Positions 47,850 to 57,498 of a DNA stretch of 64,000 nt are shown here, piece by piece. This DNA is from Lachnospiraceae bacterium (lineage in GTDB: Bacteria > Bacillota > Clostridia > Lachnospirales > Lachnospiraceae), in NCBI GenBank assembly GCA_045578545.1, contig JAZNKK010000078.1, forward strand, positions 6,178 through 70,177. The letters run 5' to 3'. The stretch's first letter is position 1. Each line of letters opens with the position of its first letter. A program made the position numbers and the translations under genes. Under the pieces are notes generated by a model, which was not told where the DNA came from, searched no databases, and saw nothing but the letters and a program-made list of their open reading frames with translations.

Positions 47850-48623
47850 ATGGAAATGGAAGACAGAAAGAAATATCTGATCATCGGAGCGTCCTCCGAC
47901 ATCGGAATGGAATGTATCAAACAAATTGCAGGAAAATACAGAAAGAATGCTAAGGATGCACCGTTAATCTTAGCTCATTATAACAGTAGTAAAGATGCAT
48001 TGGAGAAGCTGGCTTCCGATTTAAGCAGTGTGGATATTATACCGATAAAAGCGGATTTGACGGATGAAAATCAGAGCATTGCCCTGATTAATCAGGTGGA
48101 AGCCAGGATAAAATATCCCAATTATATTTTGCATTTTCCGGCTATGAAATTTGATTATATGCGTTATAAAGAAATCAATACGGATTATATTCGAAGCCAA
48201 ATGAATGTGCAGTTATTTTCGTTTTTAACCATTACCAGACATTTCCTTCCGTTTATGAAAAAAGAATACGGAAACAAAGTGTTGGTGATGCTTTCTTCTT
48301 ATGTAGCACAGGAACTTCCGCCCAAATTTATGGCAGATTATATTATTACAAAATATGCATTGCTGGGAGCTATGAAAGCGGCAGCGGCAGAATTTGGAAA
48401 TAAGAATTTAAAAATAAATGCGGTATCCCCGATTATGATGGATACGAAGTTTTTGGACAATATGGATCCCCATATCAAAGAATTGAATGCGATGGAAAGC
48501 AGCTTAAAAAGAGTGGTCACTGCAAAGGAGATGGCGCCCCATATTATGGAAATGCTAGATTCCGGCTATATGGAAAACGGACACAATCAAGTGATTGATG
48601 AAAGCTTTTTTGAGGAGAATTAA
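47850..48623 (+). CDS. SDR family oxidoreductase
   Basis: IIGASSDIG Rossmann motif, YIITK (YxxxK), INAVSP. Confidence 0.8.
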   Translation: MEMEDRKKYLIIGASSDIGMECIKQIAGKYRKNAKDAPLILAHYNSSKDALEKLASDLSSVDIIPIKADLTDENQSIALINQVEARIKYPNYILHFPAMKFDYMRYKEINTDYIRSQMNVQLFSFLTITRHFLPFMKKEYGNKVLVMLSSYVAQELPPKFMADYIITKYALLGAMKAAAAEFGNKNLKINAVSPIMMDTKFLDNMDPHIKELNAMESSLKRVVTAKEMAPHIMEMLDSGYMENGHNQVIDESFFEEN

Positions 48624-48625
48624 TC

Positions 48626-49888
48626 GTGGAAACGAAAAAGGAAAAAGTAAAACTGGCGATTTTGTTTCAGGAAGAGGAAGCAAGGGAGATTGATTTGCTG
48701 CATCCGGAGTTGGGAAACCCCGGGGTGGGAGGTACGGCATTTTGTTTTATTTTGCTGATGAAATATTTGGATTTGCGTCCGGAAATCGACATGACGGTTT
48801 ATAGCTTTCAAAAAAACAACTTGCCCTGCCAAAACTGCAAATATGTTTCTTCGATAGAAGAGGCGCTAGGGGAGATAGAAAAGGATAAAAAAGAAGTGGT
48901 TCTTCTTCGAAATCATCAGGAAGATTCCGTTTACGAAGCGCTAAAAAAACATGCGTTGAAATATATCGTTTGGATGCACAATAAACTTAGTTATCCGGAA
49001 ATCAAGCTTTTTTCAGAAATGAAGAGTGTTCGTCGAATCATCAGTGTTAGCAGGGAGATGTACGATTACTATATTGATGATACCATCATTGAAAAGATGG
49101 ATTACATTTGGAATATTTTTGTTCCGCCTTCGAAGGAGAAAGTGCGAGGAAGCAATCAAACCAAAAATGTAACGTTTATGGGGAGTCTTACCTATGATAA
49201 GAATTTTCATTTGTTGACGGATGTCTGGAAAAGAATTGTAGAGGAAGTCCCCACGGCAAAACTTCATGTGATTGGTTCCGGAAAATTGTATGACAAACAC
49301 AGTGTTATGGGAAAATACGGGATAGCGGAAAAAGAGTATGAAGAGCGGTTTATGCCGGGGATTTGTGACGATAGCGGTAATGTTTTGGATAGTGTTGTTT
49401 TTCACGGCATCTTAGGCGATGAAAAATACGATGTAATGAAAGAATCTGCGGTGGGAGTTGCCAATCCTATGGCAACGGAAACCTTTTGCCTGGTGGCAAT
49501 TGAAATGGAGGCTTGCGGAGTGCCGGTGGTGTCCCGGAGAAAGAACGGACTGGTGGATACGGTAAAAAGCGGAGAAACCGGCATCTTATATTCGGATATT
49601 AGTGAATTGCCTACAGCAATCATTCAATTACTAAAGGATGAGGAATTGAATGAAACCATGGGGGAAAAAGCGAAGGAATTTGCAAGAAACTTCTTCCTGC
49701 CGGAACACATCATTCCAAAGTGGATTCTAATAATGCAACAGGTGGCGGCAAATGAGCCGGCAAGGTATCAAAAACCGGAACAAAATTTTGATAACAACGG
49801 AAAACGAATTCGTCAGATACTGCATGGCATTCATCGGATTCCGTTTCTTCGCTGGGTACCTTCCATTCATGATTTGCAAAAAAAATAA
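48626..49888 (+). CDS. GT4 glycosyltransferase
   Basis: GNPGVGGT, WMHN, FMGSL...KNF, NPMATETFCLVAIEMEACG. Confidence 0.82.
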   Translation: METKKEKVKLAILFQEEEAREIDLLHPELGNPGVGGTAFCFILLMKYLDLRPEIDMTVYSFQKNNLPCQNCKYVSSIEEALGEIEKDKKEVVLLRNHQEDSVYEALKKHALKYIVWMHNKLSYPEIKLFSEMKSVRRIISVSREMYDYYIDDTIIEKMDYIWNIFVPPSKEKVRGSNQTKNVTFMGSLTYDKNFHLLTDVWKRIVEEVPTAKLHVIGSGKLYDKHSVMGKYGIAEKEYEERFMPGICDDSGNVLDSVVFHGILGDEKYDVMKESAVGVANPMATETFCLVAIEMEACGVPVVSRRKNGLVDTVKSGETGILYSDISELPTAIIQLLKDEELNETMGEKAKEFARNFFLPEHIIPKWILIMQQVAANEPARYQKPEQNFDNNGKRIRQILHGIHRIPFLRWVPSIHDLQKK

Positions 49889-49897
49889 AAAGTACAG

Positions 49898-50908
49898 GTG
49901 GAAAATTTGAAAGTCAGTGTGTTGATAACCACATACAATCTGGAAAAATATATCAGACAGACGCTGGATAGCGTTTTGATGCAGAAAACAAATTTTTCCT
50001 ATGAAGTGTTGGTGGGAGATGACGGTTCTACGGACGGAACCATAGAAATCATAAAAGAATATCAGTCGCGGTACCCGGAAAAGATAAAACTCTTTGTCAT
50101 GCCAAGAGAGAGCGGTAAAGAATACAACCGGGTGGAGCGTTCGGCGGCAAATCGGTTAAATTTGCTGGAAAAGGCTACGGGAGAATACTGTTGTTTTTTG
50201 GATGGAGACGACTATTATCTGGACGAAACCAAATTGCAAAGACAGGTGGATGTTCTGGAAAAAGAAGAAAATCAGGATTGTGTTATGTGTGCACACAATT
50301 TGTTTTTGACTTATGAAACCGGAGAAAAAGTCTTGCTTTGTAAGGCAAAAAAAGAAAGAAAGATTACGTTGCAGCAGTATTGGCCGTTGATGTTTTTGCA
50401 GGCCAATGCAATTTTATTTCGTAATATTTATAGGCAAAATCAGCCCACCGGAATCCTGGCAAAAAGTTTTGATGATAACAACATAACGTTCTGGCTTTTT
50501 CAACATGGAAAGATGTACTATTTGCCACAACCCATGGGAGCGTATCGTCAGGTCAGCGGTTCCTCTTGGAATTCCATCGACGAGATTCAAAAAGCAAGCT
50601 CTAATGTGTTGGGATATAGCGTAGAATTAAGTGTTTCCAAAGAACACAGAAATCTTTCCGTGATTCGCCATTATCCGGATTTTCGTTCTTTGTATGAAAA
50701 TAGGACAAAGATATCCAAGGAAGCGTGCATGCCCTTTTATCAGACGGCAAAAGAAAATCATGTGCAGGAAGCCTTATGGTTTTATGAATTTGATGAAGAA
50801 GATGCCGCTATGGAAAAGAAGTTTGAATCGTTACTTCGCAGGGCAAAGAGAGGTTATTTTATTGCGAAGTGCAAACGAGCATTTCTGAAAGTGTTTCGAC
50901 TGTATTAA
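49898..50908 (+). CDS. GT2 glycosyltransferase
   Basis: SVLITTYN, GDDGSTDGT, FLDGDDY, KLQRQV. Confidence 0.88.
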   Translation: MENLKVSVLITTYNLEKYIRQTLDSVLMQKTNFSYEVLVGDDGSTDGTIEIIKEYQSRYPEKIKLFVMPRESGKEYNRVERSAANRLNLLEKATGEYCCFLDGDDYYLDETKLQRQVDVLEKEENQDCVMCAHNLFLTYETGEKVLLCKAKKERKITLQQYWPLMFLQANAILFRNIYRQNQPTGILAKSFDDNNITFWLFQHGKMYYLPQPMGAYRQVSGSSWNSIDEIQKASSNVLGYSVELSVSKEHRNLSVIRHYPDFRSLYENRTKISKEACMPFYQTAKENHVQEALWFYEFDEEDAAMEKKFESLLRRAKRGYFIAKCKRAFLKVFRLY

Positions 50909-50937
50909 TGGTGCCAAGGCAGAGGAAAGGAACAATT

Positions 50938-51948
50938 ATGGCAGAAAAAATCAGTGTGATTATACCAATTTATAAAGTGGAAAAATATCTTTCCTGTTGT
51001 TTGGATAGTATTATAAATCAAACCTATGATCCTTTGGAAATTATCTTAGTTGATGACGGTTCGCCGGATTCCTGCGGAGAAATCTGTGAGGAATATGCGA
51101 AAAAGGATCACCGAATTAAGGTGATTCATAAAGAAAACGGCGGATTGTCCGATGCCAGAAATGTGGGACTGGAAGCGGCAACGGGAGATTGGATTGTCTT
51201 TGTGGATTCGGACGATTTTATCCATGTTCAGATGATAGAACAATTGTGGAAAGCTTCGAAGGACTACGATGCCGATATGGTTTGGTGCGATTTTGTGGAA
51301 ACAGAGGAGGACGGAACACCTCGCTGGGAGGCACCGGGACAAAAGGAAACGGTATCTTCGTATGAATGCAATGAGATGAGTAAGCAGGAAGCGGAGAATA
51401 TGTTTTATACCGCGAATCAAATGAGTGTGTGCATGGTAGCTTGGAACAAACTGTACAAAAAGACGTTGTTTGGTGATCATGAACAGGGAGTTCGCTATCC
51501 GAAAGGCAAGATTTTTGAGGACGGATATACAACCTACCGCTTAATCTATCAGGCACAGAAAATTGCTCACATTAAGATCCCTTTGTATTATTACCGGCAA
51601 AGGGAGCAGAGTATTATGCGGGAAAACGCAGATAAAAACTACGTAGCCATCATGGAATGTGGAAGCGAGAGAATGCAGTTTTATCTGTCCAAGGGCGAGC
51701 AGGAATTGTATCAAAAAGAAATCAGCCTGACCATGTATTCCGCTATACGGCTTTATGAGAAGATCAAAGATGCTTTTGTTCGAAGCGAATTGAAACGCTG
51801 GTACCGGATTTTTTATACCGAGCATTTTGTGAAACAAAAATGGCCTTTGGCAAAAAGAATCCGTATGAAAAGTTTTTTAATCAGCTTTGGGCTATACAAA
51901 TTTATCAGTGGTTTTGAAGGGATATATAACAAGATTAGGAGAAAATAA
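50938..51948 (+). CDS. GT2 glycosyltransferase (EpsJ-like)
   Basis: SVIIPIYKVE, VDDGSPD, NGGLSDARN, FVDSDD, AWNKLY, FED. Confidence 0.9.
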   Translation: MAEKISVIIPIYKVEKYLSCCLDSIINQTYDPLEIILVDDGSPDSCGEICEEYAKKDHRIKVIHKENGGLSDARNVGLEAATGDWIVFVDSDDFIHVQMIEQLWKASKDYDADMVWCDFVETEEDGTPRWEAPGQKETVSSYECNEMSKQEAENMFYTANQMSVCMVAWNKLYKKTLFGDHEQGVRYPKGKIFEDGYTTYRLIYQAQKIAHIKIPLYYYRQREQSIMRENADKNYVAIMECGSERMQFYLSKGEQELYQKEISLTMYSAIRLYEKIKDAFVRSELKRWYRIFYTEHFVKQKWPLAKRIRMKSFLISFGLYKFISGFEGIYNKIRRK

Positions 51949-51956
51949 GAAGTGTA

Positions 51957-52940
51957 ATGAAGACGATTTTATATCTGAATCATGATTTTTTTGCTTATGA
52001 CAGAGCCATAGCAAAAGAGTTGGAAAAGAGAGGTTATCAGGTACTTTTCCGTAAATTTGTCAGAACGGCAGGTTTTCTTGACCGTCGCCTTTGCAAAAAG
52101 AAAGGAATCCCGGCCAGACAATATGCGTCGGAATGTATGCAAAAGGCGATTTTAAAAGAACTGGAAAAGAAGAAGGTTAAGGTGGATGTTGTCTTGGTGA
52201 CATCCGGACAGGCACTTACAGAAGAAACCATGCAACGCTTGCATGAGATGTATCCGAAAGCCTGCTTTTTATGGAATTTATGGGACGGAAAGAAAGAAAT
52301 CGGAACATTTTCTCAACTATCCCCGTATTTTAATCATCTGATTTCCTTTGATAAATTAGAGGCAAAGCAGTGCGGATTTCATTATATGTCAGACTTTTAT
52401 CTGCAGGAGTATCCGGCGAAAGAGAAAAAATACGATTATTGTTTTGTGGCCACCAATACAGAACCGCGTTATCGGATTTTACAGGAAATGTTAGCGAAAG
52501 CAAATACCGAAAATGTATTTGTTTATTTAAAAGAGACACCGGATCAGAGACTGATTCCCAGTTTGAAGCGGTTGTTTAGCGGGGAAGAGAAACGGCTTGC
52601 AGAGAGAAAGATATTTTATAATTCTTTGGAATATGATACTATGTTAGAAGTATTTGCAAGCAGTAAATGCATTATTGATATTGCGCATCCGGGGCAGACC
52701 GGACTGTCGATGCGCCCCTTTGAAGCGATGGCCGTGCAGAGCAAATTGGTTACTACCAATCCGGAAATAAAAAATTATGATTTTTACAATCCGAACAATA
52801 TATTTGTAGTACAACCGGATGAGATTCAAATGCCTGGAAGAGATTTTTTGGACGGTGCATACGAAGCCATTCCGGAAGAAATTTATAAAAAATACAGTGT
52901 GGAAAGCTGGTGTGATCAGCTTCAGGAGTTATTTTCGTGA
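51957..52940 (+). CDS. WaaS/RfaS-like GT-B glycosyltransferase
   Basis: SFD...A and IIDIAHPGQTGLSMRPFEA...KLVTTN...YDFY resemble the C-terminal motif of E. coli WaaS (compared from memory). Confidence 0.6.
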   Translation: MKTILYLNHDFFAYDRAIAKELEKRGYQVLFRKFVRTAGFLDRRLCKKKGIPARQYASECMQKAILKELEKKKVKVDVVLVTSGQALTEETMQRLHEMYPKACFLWNLWDGKKEIGTFSQLSPYFNHLISFDKLEAKQCGFHYMSDFYLQEYPAKEKKYDYCFVATNTEPRYRILQEMLAKANTENVFVYLKETPDQRLIPSLKRLFSGEEKRLAERKIFYNSLEYDTMLEVFASSKCIIDIAHPGQTGLSMRPFEAMAVQSKLVTTNPEIKNYDFYNPNNIFVVQPDEIQMPGRDFLDGAYEAIPEEIYKKYSVESWCDQLQELFS

Positions 52941-54358
52941 ATCAGATTTATCGAAAGAGTAAAGTAATAAAAATATATAGTCTGCTTCTGATTGATTTAT
53001 TTAGTTTGCTGATTTCCTATTTGGCGTCATTGTTTTTTCGATTTGGCGATTTAGAAGTAGATGGACATCAGGAGATGTATCTGTCTTATGGTATTTTTCT
53101 ATTGGTGTTAACTCTGTTGTACTCGGTGCTTACCGATTGGAACCGGGACTTTTTTGAGCGCGGCTTTTTTAAAGAGATGATAGCGGTGGGAAAGTATAAC
53201 GTTGTTTTGGTTTTGATGAGCAGTACTTTTTTGGTATTGACCAAGAACGGGGATACCTTTGCCCGATTGGTGATGATCTATTTTGCGGCATTAAATGTGT
53301 GCTTTTCTTATTTATTTCACTTAGCGTTCAAGGAATATATGTTGAAGCATTACAAAAAGAGCATCAACAGTGATAAGCTTATGGTGATTACGCAGGAAAA
53401 AGATGCAGAAAAGGTAGTCAATCAAATCTTAAAAGAAAAGCATTGGAATTATGAACTAACCAGCATCACCATTATGGATGCGGACAAAATCGGCGAAGAA
53501 GTTTTAGGGATTCCCGTTGTGGCAGATAAAAATAACGTGATTGAAGTGGCAACACAAAACATATTGGACCGGGTGTTTATTTCTTTGCCAAGGACAGAGA
53601 TTTCTGAAATCAAGCATATGATTTTGGAATTTGAAGCCATGGGAATTTTGTGCCATTACAATATGGAATTGGAAGAACTGAACTTGGAGGGCAAAGAAGC
53701 GGGAACGTTTGCCGGATTTTCGGTGATTTCTTTTTCCCTTCAAAACATGGATTATCGTCGCCTTATGATAAAGAGGGTCATGGACGTTGTGGGAAGTATT
53801 TTCGGACTTTGCATTACGGCTGTGGTATTTCCCTTTGTGGCGCTTGCTATTAAAGCAGAATCGAAAGGCCCTGTCATCTTTAAACAGGAAAGAATCGGGA
53901 AAAACGGACGTCGGTTTAAAATGTATAAATTTCGTTCCATGTATGTGGATGCAGAAAAACGCCTTGCTGAGCTTCAGGAAAAAAATGAAGTGCAGGGGCT
54001 TATGTTTAAAATGGAAAATGACCCCAGAATCACCAAGGTTGGAAAGTTTTTGCGTAAGACAAGCTTAGACGAACTGCCGCAGTTTTGGAATGTATTAAAG
54101 GGTGACATGAGTTTGGTGGGAACCAGACCGCCTACGGTAAATGAATTTGAAAAATATAATGCACACTACAGAAGAAGACTTTGCATTACTCCGGGATTGA
54201 CCGGTATGTGGCAGGTAAACGGGCGCAGTGACATCAAAAATTTTGATGATGTGGTGGCGATGGATTTAAAATACATTGATGAATGGTCCTTGCGGTTAGA
54301 CGTAAAACTTTTGCTTCAGACCGTGGGAGTTGTTTTATTCCGAAGAGGTTCCAAATAG
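52937..54358 (+). CDS. Second initiating polyprenyl-phosphate sugar-1-phosphate transferase (CpsE/WchA-like)
   Basis: KRVMDVVG, KFRSM, DPRITKVG, SLDELPQF, GDMSLVGTRP, PGLTGMWQV. Confidence 0.92.
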   Translation: MNQIYRKSKVIKIYSLLLIDLFSLLISYLASLFFRFGDLEVDGHQEMYLSYGIFLLVLTLLYSVLTDWNRDFFERGFFKEMIAVGKYNVVLVLMSSTFLVLTKNGDTFARLVMIYFAALNVCFSYLFHLAFKEYMLKHYKKSINSDKLMVITQEKDAEKVVNQILKEKHWNYELTSITIMDADKIGEEVLGIPVVADKNNVIEVATQNILDRVFISLPRTEISEIKHMILEFEAMGILCHYNMELEELNLEGKEAGTFAGFSVISFSLQNMDYRRLMIKRVMDVVGSIFGLCITAVVFPFVALAIKAESKGPVIFKQERIGKNGRRFKMYKFRSMYVDAEKRLAELQEKNEVQGLMFKMENDPRITKVGKFLRKTSLDELPQFWNVLKGDMSLVGTRPPTVNEFEKYNAHYRRRLCITPGLTGMWQVNGRSDIKNFDDVVAMDLKYIDEWSLRLDVKLLLQTVGVVLFRRGSK

Positions 54359-54404
54359 AGAATTGATTGGAAGCATTTGAAAAGAAAACTCGAAGGAGTT
54401 CGAA

Positions 54405-55313
54405 ATGAAGGATTTTATATTAAATACCCCGGTAGCCTTTATCATTTTTAACCGGCCGGATACGACGGCGGCGGTTTTTGAAAAAATACGAGAGGCTAAG
54501 CCGGAAAAATTATACCTGATTTCCGATGCGCCAAGAGACGGCCGGGAAGACGATGCGGAAAAAGTAAAGCAGACCCGCGCTTATGTAGAAGAGCATATTG
54601 ACTGGGAGTGTCAGGTTTATAAGAATTATGCAGAAACGAATATGGGATGCCGCGACCGGGTGGCCAGCGGAATTTCCTGGGTGTTTTCCAAGGAAGAACA
54701 GGCCATTATTTTGGAAGATGACGTGGTGCCGGCCAAAGAATTTTTTCCCTACTGTCAGGCTATGCTGGAGCATTACAAAGACAACGAGCGGGTGATGATG
54801 GTATCCGGTACCAACCTGATGAAGAATCACAAGATGGAGACGCCCTACGCATTTTCCTGCTATTCCAGCATTTGGGGATGGGCTACCTGGAAAAGGGCCT
54901 GGGAGAAATATGATATTGATGTGGCGGACTGGCCGAAAATCAAAAAGGAAGGTACCTTCCGGAAGGTGCAAAACGGCCTGGCTTATTTGTTCCTGGTAAG
55001 GAATATCAACAGTGTTTATACCAAAAAGAAAGATACTTGGGATATCCAGTGGGATTATTGCAGATACAAGCATCGAGGGCTCGGCATTGTGCCCAAGGAA
55101 AATCTGATTTGCAATATCGGATTCGACCGGGAAGATGCAACCCACACCACGGAAGGCACGACGGAGGATTTCTCCTATGGGAAAATGGAATTTCCCATAA
55201 GCTTTGTCGTTCCGGTAAAAAGGGATGCGGCATACGATAAAGCGTATATCAAAAAGTACTTTGGTGTGCGGAAAGTCAGAGACTTTGTAAAGAAAAAAAT
55301 TAGCAAAAAATAA
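54405..55313 (+). CDS. GT-A-fold nucleotide-diphospho-sugar transferase (family often labelled HlpA-like)
   Basis: IFNRPDTT, NMGC, IILEDD, IWGWATWKRAW, WDIQW, NIGF...ATHT. Confidence 0.72.
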   Translation: MKDFILNTPVAFIIFNRPDTTAAVFEKIREAKPEKLYLISDAPRDGREDDAEKVKQTRAYVEEHIDWECQVYKNYAETNMGCRDRVASGISWVFSKEEQAIILEDDVVPAKEFFPYCQAMLEHYKDNERVMMVSGTNLMKNHKMETPYAFSCYSSIWGWATWKRAWEKYDIDVADWPKIKKEGTFRKVQNGLAYLFLVRNINSVYTKKKDTWDIQWDYCRYKHRGLGIVPKENLICNIGFDREDATHTTEGTTEDFSYGKMEFPISFVVPVKRDAAYDKAYIKKYFGVRKVRDFVKKKISKK

Positions 55314-55326
55314 AACGGAGTCAGGA

Positions 55327-56085
55327 ATGAAAAGGTGTAAGCTGTTTGGCGTAAAAACCGTGGTTTCCCATATGGAAGAAGCTGTTTCCTATGTGAGGAA
55401 AAACAAAGAGCGCCTGAAAGGGAAGTATGTGAGTTTTGCGAATGTGCATACCACGGTGACAGCCAAAGAAGAAAAAGAATTTCGAAAAGTACAAAATGAG
55501 GCAGCGCTGGTAATGCCGGACGGAAAACCCCTATCCTTTGTGATGAAAAAAAGAGGATATGAGGAAGCGGAGCAGATTGCCGGACCGGATTTTATGAAGC
55601 GGATGTGGGAAGTGACGGCAGAAAGTCAGGAAGAGTCGCACTATTTCTATGGTGCCAGTGAAGAAACCATAGCAGCGCTAGAAGAAAAGTTGAAAACGCA
55701 ATATCCGAATCTTAAGATTGCAGGAATGGAATCCCCGCCCTACCGGGAATTGACGGAGGAAGAAAAGGAAGCTGCCGTACAACGGATTAATGAATCCGGC
55801 GCGGACTATCTTTGGGTAGGTCTTGGTGCGCCCAAGCAGGAATATTGGATGAATGAACACAAAGGAAAAATTCATGCAGTGATGTTTGGCGTGGGGGCGG
55901 CATTTAATTTTCATGCAGGAACCATAAAACGGGCACCGAAATGGATGCAGAAGTGTTATCTGGAATGGTTTTATCGTATTTTGCAGGACCCCGGGCGATT
56001 GTGGAAACGTTATGCGGTAACCAATACCAAGTTTATTCTTATGGTCATCGGTTACGGAATCAATGGATTAAGAAGGAAGCAATAG
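55327..56085 (+). CDS. WecB/TagA/CpsF (GT26) glycosyltransferase
   Basis: ANVH, PDGKP, GPDFM, WVGLGAPKQE, GVGAAF, RAPKWMQ...LEWFYR. Confidence 0.9.
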   Translation: MKRCKLFGVKTVVSHMEEAVSYVRKNKERLKGKYVSFANVHTTVTAKEEKEFRKVQNEAALVMPDGKPLSFVMKKRGYEEAEQIAGPDFMKRMWEVTAESQEESHYFYGASEETIAALEEKLKTQYPNLKIAGMESPPYRELTEEEKEAAVQRINESGADYLWVGLGAPKQEYWMNEHKGKIHAVMFGVGAAFNFHAGTIKRAPKWMQKCYLEWFYRILQDPGRLWKRYAVTNTKFILMVIGYGINGLRRKQ

Positions 56086-56086
56086 G

Positions 56087-56563
56087 ATGCATTTAGACAG
56101 TAAGAAAATTAAGTTATTGGTATATGATTTTGACGGCGTAATGACGGACAATCGCGTCCTTGTGGATCAGCACGGCGTGGAAAGCGTGATGGTCAGTCGG
56201 GGAGACGGTTACGGAATCTCCCGCATCAAAGAACTGGGCATCAAGCAGGTTATAATTTCTACGGAAACCAATGAAGTGGTAAAAAGAAGAGCGGAGAAAT
56301 TAAAGATTGATGTAATTCACGGCGTGGAAGATAAGAAGACCATTTTACGAAAATTCTGCGAAGAAAACGGGTACGCATTGGAAGAAGTCATGTTTATCGG
56401 TAACGACTTGAATGATTATGAAGCCATGTTGCTGGCCGGAACCAAAGGAGCGCCTGCAGATGCGGAAGAAGAAATCTTAAAGATTGCGGACTGGATTTCT
56501 ACGAAAAACGGCGGCTACGGTGTGATTCGGGAACTGTACCGAATTCTTTCCGGTACAAATTAG
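56087..56563 (+). CDS. HAD-IIIA phosphatase, KdsC/YrbI-like (resembles the C-terminal domain of CMP-nonulosonate synthetases)
   Basis: YDFDGVMTDN, SRGDG, ISTE, IGNDLND, GGYGVIRE. Confidence 0.8.
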   Translation: MHLDSKKIKLLVYDFDGVMTDNRVLVDQHGVESVMVSRGDGYGISRIKELGIKQVIISTETNEVVKRRAEKLKIDVIHGVEDKKTILRKFCEENGYALEEVMFIGNDLNDYEAMLLAGTKGAPADAEEEILKIADWISTKNGGYGVIRELYRILSGTN

Positions 56564-56648
56564 AGTGAAAGAATAAAAGGATTTGCTCATTCCAAAAGGA
56601 AATGACTTTCCGGGCAGGAGGGGCAGAAAACAGATTTGGAGAAAAAGA

Positions 56649-57467
56649 ATGAAAAAGTTTACCGTGATTACTCCGACGTGGAATCAGGCGGAATATATTG
56701 AAGATACCATTCAATCGGTAATCGGGCAGACCTACAAAAATTTGGAATATATCATTGTGGATAACTGTTCCGATGACGGCACCCGGGAAATCGTGGAAAA
56801 ATATGCAAAAGAAGATGACCGGATTTTGTATATCAGAGAACCGGACAAAGGGCAGGCAGAAGCGATTAACAAGGGGTTGGAACGTGCCACCGGAGATATT
56901 GTGTGCTGGCTTAATTCCGATGATTATTATTACGATGACAAGGTTTTGGAAAAGGTGGCAGATGCGTTTGCATCCCCGGAAGCGCCGGACATTGTAGTGG
57001 GAGATGCCTGGTATTGTGACAAAGAAAAAAATCTTACGGAATATAATAAATCCAATCGGGGGGTGCCTCAATGGGTGATTTCCCGGTGGTATTACATTGT
57101 ACAGCCTTCGGTATTTTGGAAACGAAGCAAGCTCCGGCTGGATGAATCCTACACCTATGCCTTTGATTGGAAATTCTTTATCCTAATGTTTGAACAGGCC
57201 AAGGTGAAATATACGGAGGAAGCGTATTCCGTATACCGGATGTATGAGGATAATAAAACCGGGCAGGACAATGCCAAGAGAAAATATGAAATTTATCGCC
57301 TGCAGAAGGAACTAAATGTCAGTAAGTGTAACACTGCTTGGTGTAAGCATGTCTACCACGTATATGAAAAAGCAGAAAAAAAGAATCGTCCCAATGCAAA
57401 GAAGCGGGTGGATTTTATGAGTCGTATTCTGTTTCATATTACGGGGAAACGAATTTGTAGTTTTTAA
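56649..57467 (+). CDS. GT2 glycosyltransferase (WcaE-like)
   Basis: TPTWNQ, VDNCSDDGT, EPDKGQAEAINKG, WLNSDD, QPSVFW. Confidence 0.88.
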   Translation: MKKFTVITPTWNQAEYIEDTIQSVIGQTYKNLEYIIVDNCSDDGTREIVEKYAKEDDRILYIREPDKGQAEAINKGLERATGDIVCWLNSDDYYYDDKVLEKVADAFASPEAPDIVVGDAWYCDKEKNLTEYNKSNRGVPQWVISRWYYIVQPSVFWKRSKLRLDESYTYAFDWKFFILMFEQAKVKYTEEAYSVYRMYEDNKTGQDNAKRKYEIYRLQKELNVSKCNTAWCKHVYHVYEKAEKKNRPNAKKRVDFMSRILFHITGKRICSF

Positions 57468-57498
57468 TTCAGCAAAATGGGAACGGTAAAAATGATTT

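Noticed and set aside
54387-54400. AACTC-GAAG-GAGTT hairpin overlapping an RBS
   Set aside because: The stem is only 5 bp and too weak to support a regulatory claim.
55327-56085. TagA homolog as evidence for wall teichoic acid synthesis
   Set aside because: There are no TagB/F polymerases, TagD/TarI cytidylyltransferases or TagGH in the window, and GT26 enzymes also occur in capsule-type loci.
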